Below are positions 1 to 9,073 of a stretch of 64,000 nt of DNA, one piece after another. Below the pieces are notes generated by a model that worked only from the letters and a program-made list of their open reading frames with translations, did not search any database and was not told the origin of the DNA. Location: assembly GCA_041178185.1 (NCBI GenBank), contig JBEGVS010000005.1:14103-78102 (forward strand), in the 5' to 3' direction. The position numbers and the translations under genes were made by a program. Positions within the stretch are counted from its first letter, which is position 1. Each line of letters starts with the position of its first letter. Source of the DNA: Pseudomonadota bacterium (GTDB lineage Bacteria > Bdellovibrionota_C > UBA2361 > OMII01).

Positions 1-480
1 TCCACGAACCTCCTCAAGCTGATGCTCCAACTCAGTTACCCGTCTTTGACTCGCCTCGAGCTCTCGTTTCAAGGCTGGGTTTGGATTCGGCGCTACCGCA
101 GGGGCTGCGGGAGCTGGAACGCTCTCGTGTCGCTCAGGGCGAGATTGCTGCGCCACACCTTTTGCTACAACTTCTTCAACGACGGGACGGTTTACCGCCC
201 CATTGACCTGCTCTTGTTTGATAATCGGCGCCTGATACGTGGCCGGCTTTAACTGCGCTTCCTGTGCCGAGGCTCCCGTGCTCTCGGGCTCAAATGCGCT
301 CTGACCCTTGGCGGAAAGTCCCTCCAAAAGCGCTCTCTCAGCGGCGACAAGTGCTGCGTCCTCTGAACTCTCACCGGACTGGGCATGAACGGCCCCGGCC
401 GTAACGAACGTTACCGCTACGAGAATCGCCAAACTATGCAGTACAACCGATGATGTTTTGGATCTGTGCGTTCGGAGCAT
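1..480 (-). CDS. partial CDS (N-terminal 160 codons; 3' end lies beyond window start): Sec-signal-peptide secreted protein, possibly a further periplasmic Tra/T4SS component
   Basis: Minus-strand ATG at 480-478 translates MLRTHRSKTSSVVLHSLAILVAVTFVTAGAVHAQSGESSED... and stays open in frame to position 1. Hydrophobic h-region followed by AxA-like cleavage site, then an Ala/Pro/Glu-rich region. Co-directional and immediately downstream of the tra gene string. Absent from the ORF track because it runs off the window. Confidence 0.4.
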   Translation of the reverse strand, partial: MLRTHRSKTSSVVLHSLAILVAVTFVTAGAVHAQSGESSEDAALVAAERALLEGLSAKGQSAFEPESTGASAQEAQLKPATYQAPIIKQEQVNGAVNRPVVEEVVAKGVAQQSRPERHESVPAPAAPAVAPNPNPALKRELEASQRRVTELEHQLEEVRG

Positions 481-609
481 AAGGAAAAACCACCTAACCG
501 AGAGGCTAACAAACCGCCTACCCCCGTTATGCACACCTATCCTGTGATGTGACCTGTTCGCTTCAGATTTTTTTTGAAGAACTCTAGGGGATTTTCCTAG
601 ACCGTGCCC

Positions 610-1038
610 CTACTCAAGCCCGAGTGAGCGCTTGATATCATTGAGCTTTTCAGGCTGTGCGGGGGCTTCTTTATCGGAGCCGCGGAAGACCTCCTGCCCG
701 GAATCTGAATCCTGCCCCCCCTGAAGGAGCTTCTCAACGGTCACATCCCCCGCTGCCGCCCCATCAGAGCGGGCCCCATCGGAGCGGGCCCCATCGGAGC
801 GGGCCTTAGTGCGACGGCGTGCCGCAAGGTACGAGTCGACATCGTCGCTTGCCATGGTGCTCTTCGCCGATACCTGACCGTATCCACGATCAAGCGAGGC
901 CTCGCGACTATCCTCTGTCGAGTGAGCGGAACCGGCTAACCGTAGAACCGCCACGAGCGCAGCGATGGCGAAGATCCCCACGATCTGAACCTTGCTACGG
1001 AGGGGAGCCACAAAGTTGGCGCCGCTTATGAGGCTCAT
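610..1038 (-). CDS. hypothetical small membrane protein (one TM helix) containing an ARSDG x3 tandem repeat
   Basis: ORF 610..1080. Internal ATG at 1038 (MSLISGANFVAPLRSKVQIVGIFAIAALVAVLRLAGS...) avoids overlap with the upstream lipoprotein gene. One hydrophobic helix. The 15-bp x3 DNA repeat at 761-805 encodes ARSDGARSDGARSDG. Co-oriented with the tra genes. Confidence 0.35.
   Translation of the reverse strand: MSLISGANFVAPLRSKVQIVGIFAIAALVAVLRLAGSAHSTEDSREASLDRGYGQVSAKSTMASDDVDSYLAARRRTKARSDGARSDGARSDGAAAGDVTVEKLLQGGQDSDSGQEVFRGSDKEAPAQPEKLNDIKRSLGLE
761..805. repeat. perfect/near-perfect 15-bp tandem repeat x3 (ccatc[a/g]gagcgggcc), in frame inside the CDS 610..1038
   Basis: Read directly: ccatcagagcgggcc / ccatcggagcgggcc / ccatcggagcgggcc at 761-775, 776-790 and 791-805. 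Confidence 0.75.
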
Positions 1039-1049
1039 GCATTCACCTA

Positions 1050-1340
1050 CTATCGAGACGGTTTGCGATAATACTGCCATCGACCCTGACGGATCTCAAC
1101 CACTTCGGAGTGAGCTGGTCGATAGTACACACCCTCTGGATCGAGTCCAGGTGGCACCTCTACTACATCAACCATCGGCTCCTCCCACGTGTACTCAACT
1201 ACACCGGGTACGTTGCGGACATTATACTCAATTACTGGTGGCACGACAGGTGCCGGCTCAGGGCGAGCGCACGCTGTTACCCCGGCGCTTACCAATATGG
1301 CGGCACTCAAACGAAGAGCGGTTGCCGTATACGATTTCAT
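1050..1340 (-). CDS. small lipoprotein (96 aa)
   Basis: N-terminus MKSYTATALRLSAAILVSAGVTAC has a signal peptide and a lipobox-like ...AGVTAC. Pro/Val-rich mature part. Sits between the traC-like gene and the downstream small ORFs on the same strand. Confidence 0.45.
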   Translation of the reverse strand: MKSYTATALRLSAAILVSAGVTACARPEPAPVVPPVIEYNVRNVPGVVEYTWEEPMVDVVEVPPGLDPEGVYYRPAHSEVVEIRQGRWQYYRKPSR

Positions 1341-1352
1341 AACCCAATCCTC

Positions 1353-4094
1353 CTACATTCCTGAATCTTTAAATCCTACATCCATCATAGCGTTCACTGC
1401 GCCCGCCACACTTCCGCCATCCAACTCCTCGGCTGAGAAGTTACCCATGAGGCGTTGCTGAAGGTCCTTGGCTCCGTACGGAGCGACGTTCACAACCTCC
1501 TCCAGAGCTCTACTGAAGTCACCATCGTGGCGAGTAAGAACGTCTTGGAAAAGCTGGTTGTCATCACCGTTGTTTGTGCTCACCCAGTAGAAAGCCGGTT
1601 CAACTGGTAGCACAAGCGCCCCTTCGCCGATGTCCGAGAGCAGGTAGAATTGCGACTCTACACCCTTGACCGTTCGAAGGCGCATAATGACATCCGCTTG
1701 TTGCGGTGTGAGGTTAAACGCCTCGGCAGTGAGGTGGAACTTATTCGGATCTTGCCGCAAGAAGATCTTATGGGCGCTGTTTTGCACGATCGCTTGACCG
1801 CCAGACCCAACATAGAAGTCCTCTCCCGACTGTGATGCAGCGATAACGATACCTTTACGTTTACGGTAGAGACGGAAGGCCGTCTCGATCGTATTTGATG
1901 CGGTCTTGCCGATAAGTTCATGAGCCTCATCGAACACGAGCACCTTTCGGGTATCGATCTCAGAGGGATCGTTCATGACCGTATCCGCCCATACCATCGC
2001 GATCTTGAGGAATACGCGCTGAAGGTCGGGGTTACGTGAAAGCGCCTTCAGATCGAATACGATCAGACGTTCTTTGAGTTTCAGAGAGCCGGGACGGTCG
2101 AAGAACCGCGCATAGGTTCCCTCACCGTAGTAATCAGCGATGAGAAGGCTGATACGTTGGCGACGACGAGCACTGTCCTCGGTTTCATCAACCCGTCTTG
2201 GAGCGCGCAACACAGAGACAACATCGCTCAAGATGAATTCGCGACGCATCGGACCACTCCGATAGATTCGATGCGCTTCAACGAGTGACTCGACGACACT
2301 TCCACGCTCCAACCTATCCGGGAGGTGCTGACCATCTGCCGCCATGTCGCAGATTACGTCGGCGCACATATCGATCAGGTCCTTGTAGTCATCGTTCTGT
2401 CGCTCAGCCGCGAGCGCACCGAGCCGTGCAAGGAAGTTCATCGCCGGAGCGCGAGACGGGGTAGCCTCATACACCTTTCCGCCGAAGAGTCTGGCAACCT
2501 TTTCGAATCCACAAGGTTGTCCGGTCATACCCTTGTCGAAGATGAAGGTAATCGGCTGCCGCTCAACCACCCGTCCATCCGACAGGGTTGAGTAGTGACC
2601 ACGATTCAACATCGTGATCAGGTAACACATGAGGTAGCTCTTACCGGCTCCCGATACACCGCTTATGAGAACGTTCGGGGCTATGTTCGAGTCGTAAAAA
2701 TCGAAACCAACGAGCTCACGATTCCACAACGACGGGAGGATAAACTGAGCACCTGAACTGCCACGCCAGTTGCCCCACAACGGGAAGAGGCGAGTTGCTC
2801 GTGACGACTGCATTACGGTAGTCCATCCAGCACCATCAGTTGCCGGATCATACGCTCCCGGGAGGGAGTTGATCATCACAGCCATGTCCGAGATCTCATG
2901 CACCATCCCTCGAGCGCCGTTGAGTTGCGGGAATGTAGCGACCGCCTCAGAGGTCGCCCGAATAGCTTCATCTTCGGTCTGACAGATGAAGGTCTGGTGA
3001 ACGCCGACTCGAACGATCTGCTCCCGTGAGTTGTACAGCTCCTGTCGAGCGCTACGGATAGCCGAGATCTGGTGTATCACCTTCTGGTTTGAGCGTCCGC
3101 CCGGGGCCCGTTCACGCATACCAAGCAAAGAATCGAGCTTATCAAGACGCTCAAGCTGCTTTTCTTTTGGGTCCTTTGAGAACGTTACGCTCAGAATGTT
3201 TTCGTACGGCGTCGACTGAAGAGGAGCGATCATGAGCGGCATGCAGCTCTTAGGGGGCTTCACCATCGACACAGAGCGATACACGCGACCATCCTTCTTG
3301 ATGATTCCATCGGTTGGATGCTCGACGTGCGTTTCAGAGATCTGGTTCGCTAAAAGGTCGTCGCGATCGTATTCGGGAACGGGAATCGATGTTCCACGTC
3401 CGCGGCGGTGCTTGCCGGGCTTCACGCTTCGTCGATTGAGGAGGGGATAGAGGACGTTGATGAGCTTCTGTCCGTCGACCTTGCGGGGATAGAATCCGAG
3501 GTCGGCGAGCTTCGCCGCAGTTCCATCCATGATGCCCTTAAAACGATTTGCATACGTGAGATACTCAGCATGCCGTTGGTCCGCGCTCAATCCAACGGCA
3601 CCGTACATGAACATCTTCATCGCCCGAGCGACCTGTGCAGCCAAGCCCTTGCCCTCCCACGGAGGGTCAAATCGGAAGCTCACGAAGAGACGAAGTCTGC
3701 GTGGACGGCGATGTAGGGATCGTGATTGAGACGCCATGCGAATGGAACGCACCCAACGTTTAGTCATCCAGCCGGCGGCCCCATTTAAGGGATAGGAGTA
3801 GAGGCTGTTGCGAAGGAGGTCCTCGACGTCGAAGGTTGTAATCCAACTAAATTGGGCGGAGATGGTATGCTCGAAGGAGTCAAGCATCTCCTGAACGCGC
3901 TCAGTTAATTGAAAAGCCTCGGCATCCGATACGGTTGTAATCCACTTAGGTTGAAGCTCCCAGACCGACCAGAGCGAGGCGTCTGTGTGGATAAATATCT
4001 CGTTCTCCTCGTCGTATCGAGCAAAAGGCAGGAGCTTGTTGAAGAGCTCTTCATCCTGAAACAACCTTTTTCGAGTTAACCTATTTATGCTCAT
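1353..4094 (-). CDS. traC: type IV secretion ATPase, TraC (F-type VirB4 homologue), 913 aa
   Basis: ATG at 4094. Walker A in the context LFPLWGNWRGSSGAQFILPSLWNRELVGFDFYDSNIAPNVLISGVSGAGKSYLM closely parallels the F TraC region ...LMPLVADNPLTPAGLL...MAVCGTSGAGKT. Walker B-like VLVFDEAHEL follows. The size (~900 aa) and position after the TraV-like gene fit F-type order. Confidence 0.8.
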   Translation of the reverse strand: MSINRLTRKRLFQDEELFNKLLPFARYDEENEIFIHTDASLWSVWELQPKWITTVSDAEAFQLTERVQEMLDSFEHTISAQFSWITTFDVEDLLRNSLYSYPLNGAAGWMTKRWVRSIRMASQSRSLHRRPRRLRLFVSFRFDPPWEGKGLAAQVARAMKMFMYGAVGLSADQRHAEYLTYANRFKGIMDGTAAKLADLGFYPRKVDGQKLINVLYPLLNRRSVKPGKHRRGRGTSIPVPEYDRDDLLANQISETHVEHPTDGIIKKDGRVYRSVSMVKPPKSCMPLMIAPLQSTPYENILSVTFSKDPKEKQLERLDKLDSLLGMRERAPGGRSNQKVIHQISAIRSARQELYNSREQIVRVGVHQTFICQTEDEAIRATSEAVATFPQLNGARGMVHEISDMAVMINSLPGAYDPATDGAGWTTVMQSSRATRLFPLWGNWRGSSGAQFILPSLWNRELVGFDFYDSNIAPNVLISGVSGAGKSYLMCYLITMLNRGHYSTLSDGRVVERQPITFIFDKGMTGQPCGFEKVARLFGGKVYEATPSRAPAMNFLARLGALAAERQNDDYKDLIDMCADVICDMAADGQHLPDRLERGSVVESLVEAHRIYRSGPMRREFILSDVVSVLRAPRRVDETEDSARRRQRISLLIADYYGEGTYARFFDRPGSLKLKERLIVFDLKALSRNPDLQRVFLKIAMVWADTVMNDPSEIDTRKVLVFDEAHELIGKTASNTIETAFRLYRKRKGIVIAASQSGEDFYVGSGGQAIVQNSAHKIFLRQDPNKFHLTAEAFNLTPQQADVIMRLRTVKGVESQFYLLSDIGEGALVLPVEPAFYWVSTNNGDDNQLFQDVLTRHDGDFSRALEEVVNVAPYGAKDLQQRLMGNFSAEELDGGSVAGAVNAMMDVGFKDSGM

Positions 4095-4099
4095 GAAAC

Positions 4100-4603
4100 C
4101 TACTCACTAAATAAGGTCGGCTCCAACGCGGTTCGCACCAGACACCGGACCTCTTTGTTTTCGTGGTCAACAACGACCTTTATCTGCGCCTTCTCTTCTA
4201 TAATCCGCGAGAGCTCATCAAGTGTTCCAAGATTTTGAATAGAAAATTTCTGATCGGTGAGAGATGGGCTTGTATACGAGGAATACCTAGCCATAGAAGC
4301 CAGGAGCTTGCACGTCTGATCTATGTTCGCATTCTTGAGTGAAAGCTCATACACCGGACGAAGGGGGGGAGCATCATACGAGGAGTCCGTACCGTCACTA
4401 TCGCGGGACGGCAACACCTCGGGCGGATGCACCCAACGGGTTCGGGCGTACACCTGCTCCGGTCCTGCGGTCGTATACGAGGGCAGGAAGAGCGTTCGTC
4501 CCTTCTTCGTTGTTGGCTCATAGGGCTTCACATCACTTGTGGAGCATCCAACGGATACGCCACACAGAATGAGCCCTACGATTATCTTGGAGACCCTTAT
4601 CAC
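4100..4603 (-). CDS. lipoprotein (167 aa), T4SS-associated by position, function unknown
   Basis: MIRVSKIIVGLILCGVSVGCSTSD is a signal peptide with a lipobox (VGC). GTG start. Lies between the TraV-like gene and traC, and overlaps the upstream gene by 4 nt, consistent with operon coupling. Confidence 0.5.
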   Translation of the reverse strand: MIRVSKIIVGLILCGVSVGCSTSDVKPYEPTTKKGRTLFLPSYTTAGPEQVYARTRWVHPPEVLPSRDSDGTDSSYDAPPLRPVYELSLKNANIDQTCKLLASMARYSSYTSPSLTDQKFSIQNLGTLDELSRIIEEKAQIKVVVDHENKEVRCLVRTALEPTLFSE

Positions 4604-5049
4604 CGTATATCCTCCGGATTAACGAATCCTACCGCGGAAGCGTTCCCACCGGTAGTACTTCCGAGTTGAGCCTCTAACTCAAACGCGTCCTGAAGTGCCC
4701 ACGACTCCTTCTTAACCTTGAGGTAGTAGTAGTGCGCTGGAACGAGGTCTCCATGGGCATTGAGGTGATCGGGAACCCACATGAGGCGAACCACGGCCGG
4801 CTGCATAACAGGATTATTCGGTTGAGGGGAGAGCGCTCGTTGGTAGGTCCCCATGGACTCAAGCGCAGCCCGGGCCTTTTCCCCCTTACCACCACCGCTT
4901 CCCTCGTTGAGAGCCGCGTCGTTCTTCTCCCCGAAATACGCCACCTCGGAGGGGGTTTCATAGAACGGATTGAGCACATGCGTCATGCTGGAGCATCCCG
5001 TGAGGAGCACCCCAAGTACCGGAATTATTGCGAGTCGTACACCTTTCAT
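4600..5049 (-). CDS. outer-membrane lipoprotein, TraV-like (F-type T4SS core lipoprotein)
   Basis: Internal ATG at 5049 gives MKGVRLAIIPVLGVLLTGCSS, with an LTGC lipobox. The C-terminal motif AVVRLMWVPDHLNAHGDLVPAHYYYLKVKKESW resembles the conserved TraV C-terminal region as I recall it (ALWIAPWVDNQGDLH..VYFVI). Its position immediately after the traB-like gene matches the F order. Confidence 0.45.
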   Translation of the reverse strand: MKGVRLAIIPVLGVLLTGCSSMTHVLNPFYETPSEVAYFGEKNDAALNEGSGGGKGEKARAALESMGTYQRALSPQPNNPVMQPAVVRLMWVPDHLNAHGDLVPAHYYYLKVKKESWALQDAFELEAQLGSTTGGNASAVGFVNPEDIR

Positions 5050-5068
5050 AACACTCACCTCGTCACCT

Positions 5069-6235
5069 TTAATCCAAAGACGTAAACACAACCGCTGGAT
5101 CCTCATCGTCGAGCTGCTCAAGGAGCTCTGGGATAGCCAATGATTGCGAGAATACAGCCGTCGCCTCACGTCCCGAGAGCACTTGCACTACGGGAACGAG
5201 TTGCGAGAGTCGGTCGCGAATAATCTGTTGCCATTCGGTCGCAGCCGAAGAGAGGGCGACACCACCAGCGTAGGCCGGAACGTCTCCAGAGTTTACGCTA
5301 CTCTGAGTATTTCCGTTCGCGTACACTCGGTTTTGCACGTTTGCAGCGGCGATACCTTGACCGAGACCCGCGAGACCTCCGGCCATACCAGCTCCAACGA
5401 TCGCCTTGCCGATCGGATCGATCAGAACACCCTCCATTCCTCGAATACCGTCCTCACCCACGATCCAACCATCGATCGGAAACTCCTTTCGCTTACCGTT
5501 TGGGAGTCGTAAAGAGAGTCGGGTAAGTCGGAAAAGCACCCGAGCGTCAGTCAAAGACCCCTGAGCAGCGGCGATAATACGAGCTTCTCCGAGGGGTACG
5601 CTGTTTCCATCCGGTCCCATAACGTCGCTGACCAGCTTCAGAACTACAGGATAGGGGGTTCCATCCGTCGGTGCGTTCACACCCGCAAGGAGTTTGACGC
5701 GCACAGAATCTCCAGGCATCAAAGCCGCAAGCTTAGGCTTAACTGGGAGTGCTGGTGGCGCGGCGCCCACATCTGGAGCTGCAAGGCTCTCAAGTTCATC
5801 CGGTTGAGCACCGACGAGGTCTGGAGCTGTAATCTCACCGATGCTCTGGGGGTTTCCCGCAGCGGCTGGTTGTGTGCCGGAGTTACTCTGAACCTCGGCG
5901 AGACGCTCAAGGATCTTCTTGAAGATCTCTGCGGTAGTCGCCTCGTACTCCTGCATGGCTTTCTTTTGCGTATCGAGGTCTTCGCGAAGCGCTGCGCTCT
6001 GCGTGGTCAATTGATTGAGCTGCCCATTGAATCGTTCGATCAGGTCGGTCCAACGTTCGTTTGGATCGTTATGCGAAGCGACAGCGTCAGCTTTAGGCTT
6101 CTGTTTAAGCCCACGACGGGGAGCTTGTGGCGCCAGGGCAAGGTACATCACACACCCGATCACCACGATGAAGATGATTTGAGTCTTCCTATCGCTCCGA
6201 AGCCGAAGTGGCAGGTCTCGAAGAAACTGTTTCAT
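5069..6235 (-). CDS. traB: TraB / VirB10-family T4SS inner-to-outer membrane spanning protein (388 aa)
   Basis: ATG at 6235 with an upstream AGAGGTAGAG RBS. N-terminal TM helix (IIFIVVIGCVMYLALA), then a coiled-coil (QLNQLTTQSAALREDLDTQKKAMQEYEA), a Pro/Ala-rich linker, and a C-terminal Gly-rich beta domain. This architecture is typical of VirB10/TraB/TrbI. Confidence 0.6.
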   Translation of the reverse strand: MKQFLRDLPLRLRSDRKTQIIFIVVIGCVMYLALAPQAPRRGLKQKPKADAVASHNDPNERWTDLIERFNGQLNQLTTQSAALREDLDTQKKAMQEYEATTAEIFKKILERLAEVQSNSGTQPAAAGNPQSIGEITAPDLVGAQPDELESLAAPDVGAAPPALPVKPKLAALMPGDSVRVKLLAGVNAPTDGTPYPVVLKLVSDVMGPDGNSVPLGEARIIAAAQGSLTDARVLFRLTRLSLRLPNGKRKEFPIDGWIVGEDGIRGMEGVLIDPIGKAIVGAGMAGGLAGLGQGIAAANVQNRVYANGNTQSSVNSGDVPAYAGGVALSSAATEWQQIIRDRLSQLVPVVQVLSGREATAVFSQSLAIPELLEQLDDEDPAVVFTSLD

Positions 6236-6246
6236 ATCTCTACCTC

Positions 6247-7062
6247 TTACCGTGCCCGCGTTACGATATAGACCTTTGCGCTATTTTTACCTGAGAGCTG
6301 GTCCTCGACGTTCATGGGACGAGGGGCTAGTTCCCAGGTCGACGCCGAGATAGCTCGCGTTCCATCAAGACGGAACGTTGCCGCATTTAATTTCTGTGTC
6401 TGGTCGAGAAGATTGGTCGTATCGAGTACGTATCCCCACAGGTTTGGCCCAACAAGGATCTTATCGATCTTCGCAAGAATGGCTCCATCGCTAACGACGG
6501 TCTGTCCCTTATGGCGCTCACTGATGGTATAGCCGGGAATCGCGCTCTTGCCGAACTCAGCTACGAGAACCATCTCACGCATAAGACCAGACACCTTACT
6601 TGGAGGAGCATAGTCGTAGGAGCGTTCCTTAAATGGAGCAACCTCCTCCTCATCAGCTCCGACGACGCTCTTGCCATCAGATACCGTGACCTGCGCATCT
6701 CTCGGATTGTCCGAATTGGCGCGACGAATACGGAGCGGGTACGAACGACCGTTATCGAGACGGACGAGGATGGCCTCACCGTTCTCGTTCAGACTCTGGT
6801 TCCCAAAAACCACGAGCGAGGAGTCCTTCTTATCGAGGGAGATTCCGGCGTTGGAGTTCTTAAATCCGTCCTTTATCTTGCCCCCTTCAAAGATGATCTC
6901 GGTTGGCTCGCCAACATTGACGAAAACCTCGACCTCTCCTCTTCCGGTGGTGTACTCAACATCACGCGCAAAAGCGTTTGTGAGAGCTGAGAGCGCCACC
7001 AAAACAGCGAGCGTCACTCGTGTGGTTGCGTTATGAATGCGTACTGCCTGCTTCATCGTCAT
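6247..7062 (-). CDS. traK: TraK-like (VirB9/secretin-N-like) periplasmic T4SS core protein, 271 aa
   Basis: ATG at 7062 with an AAGGAG RBS. Signal peptide (VTLAVLVALSALTNAFA). The position between the traE-like and traB-like genes matches F-type order. Confidence 0.5.
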   Translation of the reverse strand: MTMKQAVRIHNATTRVTLAVLVALSALTNAFARDVEYTTGRGEVEVFVNVGEPTEIIFEGGKIKDGFKNSNAGISLDKKDSSLVVFGNQSLNENGEAILVRLDNGRSYPLRIRRANSDNPRDAQVTVSDGKSVVGADEEEVAPFKERSYDYAPPSKVSGLMREMVLVAEFGKSAIPGYTISERHKGQTVVSDGAILAKIDKILVGPNLWGYVLDTTNLLDQTQKLNAATFRLDGTRAISASTWELAPRPMNVEDQLSGKNSAKVYIVTRAR

Positions 7063-7067
7063 ACTCC

Positions 7068-7763
7068 TTATGAATTCACTCCAGTTGTCGGGGGCTCGCC
7101 CTCGATATTCGATTTAAACGATACGCCGGTAATCACGATTCCGTACGGATTCAGTGGATTACGAGGTATCGTTGACATGGTAATCGTAAATCTACTCGTA
7201 ACGGTCGGAAGGGAGCTCCCTGCAATAACCTTCCAGCGCTCACCAACGAGCGAGACCGTAACCTCATTTCCATTTCGAGCTACCTTCGTTCGAAGTGGAT
7301 CAGTAAAGAATACCTGGGTCCGGCCCGTGCTTTCAATCGCTCCAAGCTCTGCTCCCATCATCTCTTCCTTGAATTTCGTGTATACAGGCTCCTTTAGCAT
7401 GGAGGCTGCGACCGTGAATTGGTTGCGGGCGGTTCCTGGCTGGTAGGTCGCTACGAGATTCACATAGGTATTCGCCGCGTTGATAAACTCGGTGTCAGGG
7501 ATATCCTGAGCAACGTGAATTCCGGGCTCTGGCTTGGAGGGAACGGTGAGGTTAATCACCCGCGTTGACCACATGACAAGAGCGAATATCAGCGCCACGC
7601 AGGTCATTGGGAATTGAATCAACGACAACGAACGCCACAGGAGCGCTTGGTCTTTGTAGTTCTCCCACAGCCGTATCGTATCGCTCTCAGAACGAGTAGC
7701 GTTCAGCCGTGTGTCAGCTACAACCTCTCGAACATTCGGAGCAGCCATTCGTCCCTTTCTCAT
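7068..7763 (-). CDS. traE: TraE-like (VirB8-family) bitopic inner-membrane T4SS protein
   Basis: ORF 7068..7769 has a TTG at 7769; ATG alternatives are at 7763 and 7748. One TM helix (LIQFPMTCVALIFALVMW) followed by a ~170-aa periplasmic domain. Position right after the traL-like gene. Confidence 0.5.
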   Translation of the reverse strand: MRKGRMAAPNVREVVADTRLNATRSESDTIRLWENYKDQALLWRSLSLIQFPMTCVALIFALVMWSTRVINLTVPSKPEPGIHVAQDIPDTEFINAANTYVNLVATYQPGTARNQFTVAASMLKEPVYTKFKEEMMGAELGAIESTGRTQVFFTDPLRTKVARNGNEVTVSLVGERWKVIAGSSLPTVTSRFTITMSTIPRNPLNPYGIVITGVSFKSNIEGEPPTTGVNS

Positions 7764-7783
7764 ACACAACCTCTCACTTGACC

Positions 7784-8188
7784 TTACGTTCGACCGGGAC
7801 GACGTGCGTCCTGGCTCGGCCTATTTCTCAATTCTTCAAGCCCTAACTGAGCGTACAAGCAGCCGTCCCTAACTGCCTTTATCGGAGCTCCACTCCATAA
7901 CGGTTGAAGCTTCGAAGGGGTCGGGATGCCCGGCGGCTCAAAACCGCAGGTCACCATCACCAGGTTTCGAACGCCACGTTCCTCATCCGGAAATTTCTTC
8001 CGAAGAAACGCGAGCGCCAGGGTCGTTCCGATCCAGATCATGACCAGTATCGGCATCCACTGCGCTGGTTTGTCGACCATGTTCGCGGCGAGAAACGAAG
8101 CCATGAAGCCGGCCATCCACTCGAAGGGCTTTGCCCCCGCGAAGGTCCAATCCTCATTTAAGCCTGGTATTACGTCGCCGCTGTCCAT
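7784..8188 (-). CDS. traL: TraL-like (VirB3-like) small inner-membrane T4SS protein, 134 aa
   Basis: ATG at 8188. Two hydrophobic segments (WMAGFMASFLAANMV and ILVMIWIGTTLALAFL). It is the second gene of the operon and precedes the traE-like gene. Confidence 0.4.
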   Translation of the reverse strand: MDSGDVIPGLNEDWTFAGAKPFEWMAGFMASFLAANMVDKPAQWMPILVMIWIGTTLALAFLRKKFPDEERGVRNLVMVTCGFEPPGIPTPSKLQPLWSGAPIKAVRDGCLYAQLGLEELRNRPSQDARRPGRT

Positions 8189-8220
8189 CGTTACCTGCCT
8201 CTCCCTGTAATCATCAGTTC

Positions 8221-8664
8221 TTACCTAGTTGCTTCAGGTAAAAGTCGGGGATCGGCCTCGAACCGAATACCTCCCTTAGTTGCGCGTGGTTGCGGGTCGA
8301 GAACTCGGTCAAGGTCCTCTGCACGATCAATCAAGGTGTTACGCCATTGCGTAGTATCTAACAGTTCGGAAGGACTGGCGATCTTTCTGCCCTTATCGAA
8401 TTCATGGATGGCCGCAATTATCAGGGAGCGGGCGCGCGCAAAGTGAGCAACGGCCTCGGTTGTCTGCTCCGGCCCGGCTCTTCCAAGGGTAGTACGTTTA
8501 GCCATAGCCCGGTCGGAATGGTGATGGGAGCTAGCCTCTCCGGGAAGTCGAGGGGAATGCCCGCTTTGACCACCATCGTAGCTGCCACCACCACCATCGG
8601 CGTAACTCGTTGAGCTGACGAAGCTAAGGGCTAAAATCGATAGAAAAAGACAACGTTTAATCAT
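8221..8664 (-). CDS. secreted Gly/His-rich protein, first gene of the tra operon (function unknown; not pilin-like)
   Basis: ATG at 8664 gives MIKRCLFLSILALSFVSSTSYA|DGGGGSYDGGQSGHSP.. with a clear Sec signal. The mature part is hydrophilic and contains HHH. There is no second hydrophobic segment as in TraA propilin. Confidence 0.4.
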   Translation of the reverse strand: MIKRCLFLSILALSFVSSTSYADGGGGSYDGGQSGHSPRLPGEASSHHHSDRAMAKRTTLGRAGPEQTTEAVAHFARARSLIIAAIHEFDKGRKIASPSELLDTTQWRNTLIDRAEDLDRVLDPQPRATKGGIRFEADPRLLPEATR

Positions 8665-8676
8665 GGACACCACCAC

Positions 8677-9073
8677 ACTTAACCAACCGTTTAGGGACGT
8701 TATCTCCCCAGATATGCCTTACCGTATCGAAAGATAGGGGCAAACTGCTCCAGCTATTCTGTAAAATCACAAAAATACCGAAGTACTTATTGAGGGCTAT
8801 CCAGAGAATCCCCTAGGAATCCTCGGATACCTTCACTAGCGGTATGAAACGAACTGATGGAAACGTGTCCTAAGAAGTGTGCTTGGTTGCGGGCCTCTGA
8901 TTGTTCAGTGGCGATACAACCCCTTAGAGGCTCCCGAGGGAGGAAGCCGGTCGCCCCAGCGGCCTACGGTGCGTGGCTCGCGCTTTTCATCGCCTTGATC
9001 TTACCTGGGGAGGGTCCTACACTTTCCGCTGGTTCACAGGTATTCGGTTCGGGGCGGATTTTTTAGAGGTTTT
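8677..9073. promoter_or_regulatory. ~400-bp divergent intergenic region between the tra operon (minus strand) and the 682-aa membrane protein/T4CP operon (plus strand); presumed bidirectional promoter/regulatory region
   Basis: Lower GC than the flanking sequence, with an AT-rich core (ctattctgtaaaatcacaaaaataccgaagtacttattgag) containing a TGTAAAAT -10-like element. Short palindromes are present (gaatcccctaggaatcc). No ORF with coding character. Confidence 0.3.

Noticed and set aside
22-252. Plus-strand 76-aa ORF at the window start
   Set aside because: It lies entirely antisense to a much better minus-strand reading frame (1..480) that has a clean signal peptide and sits in the tra operon context. 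Arg/Trp/Cys-rich composition is typical of spurious high-GC antisense ORFs.
819-4094. Numerous 60-120-aa ORFs on the opposite strand or in alternative frames within the tra genes (for example 819..1031, 992..1342, 1110..1364, 1189..1461, 1650..1835, 2325..2591, 2770..2982, 3408..3716)
   Set aside because: All overlap long, motif-supported CDSs (TraC and others). Their translations are Arg/Ser/Pro-rich, as expected for out-of-frame GC-rich sequence.
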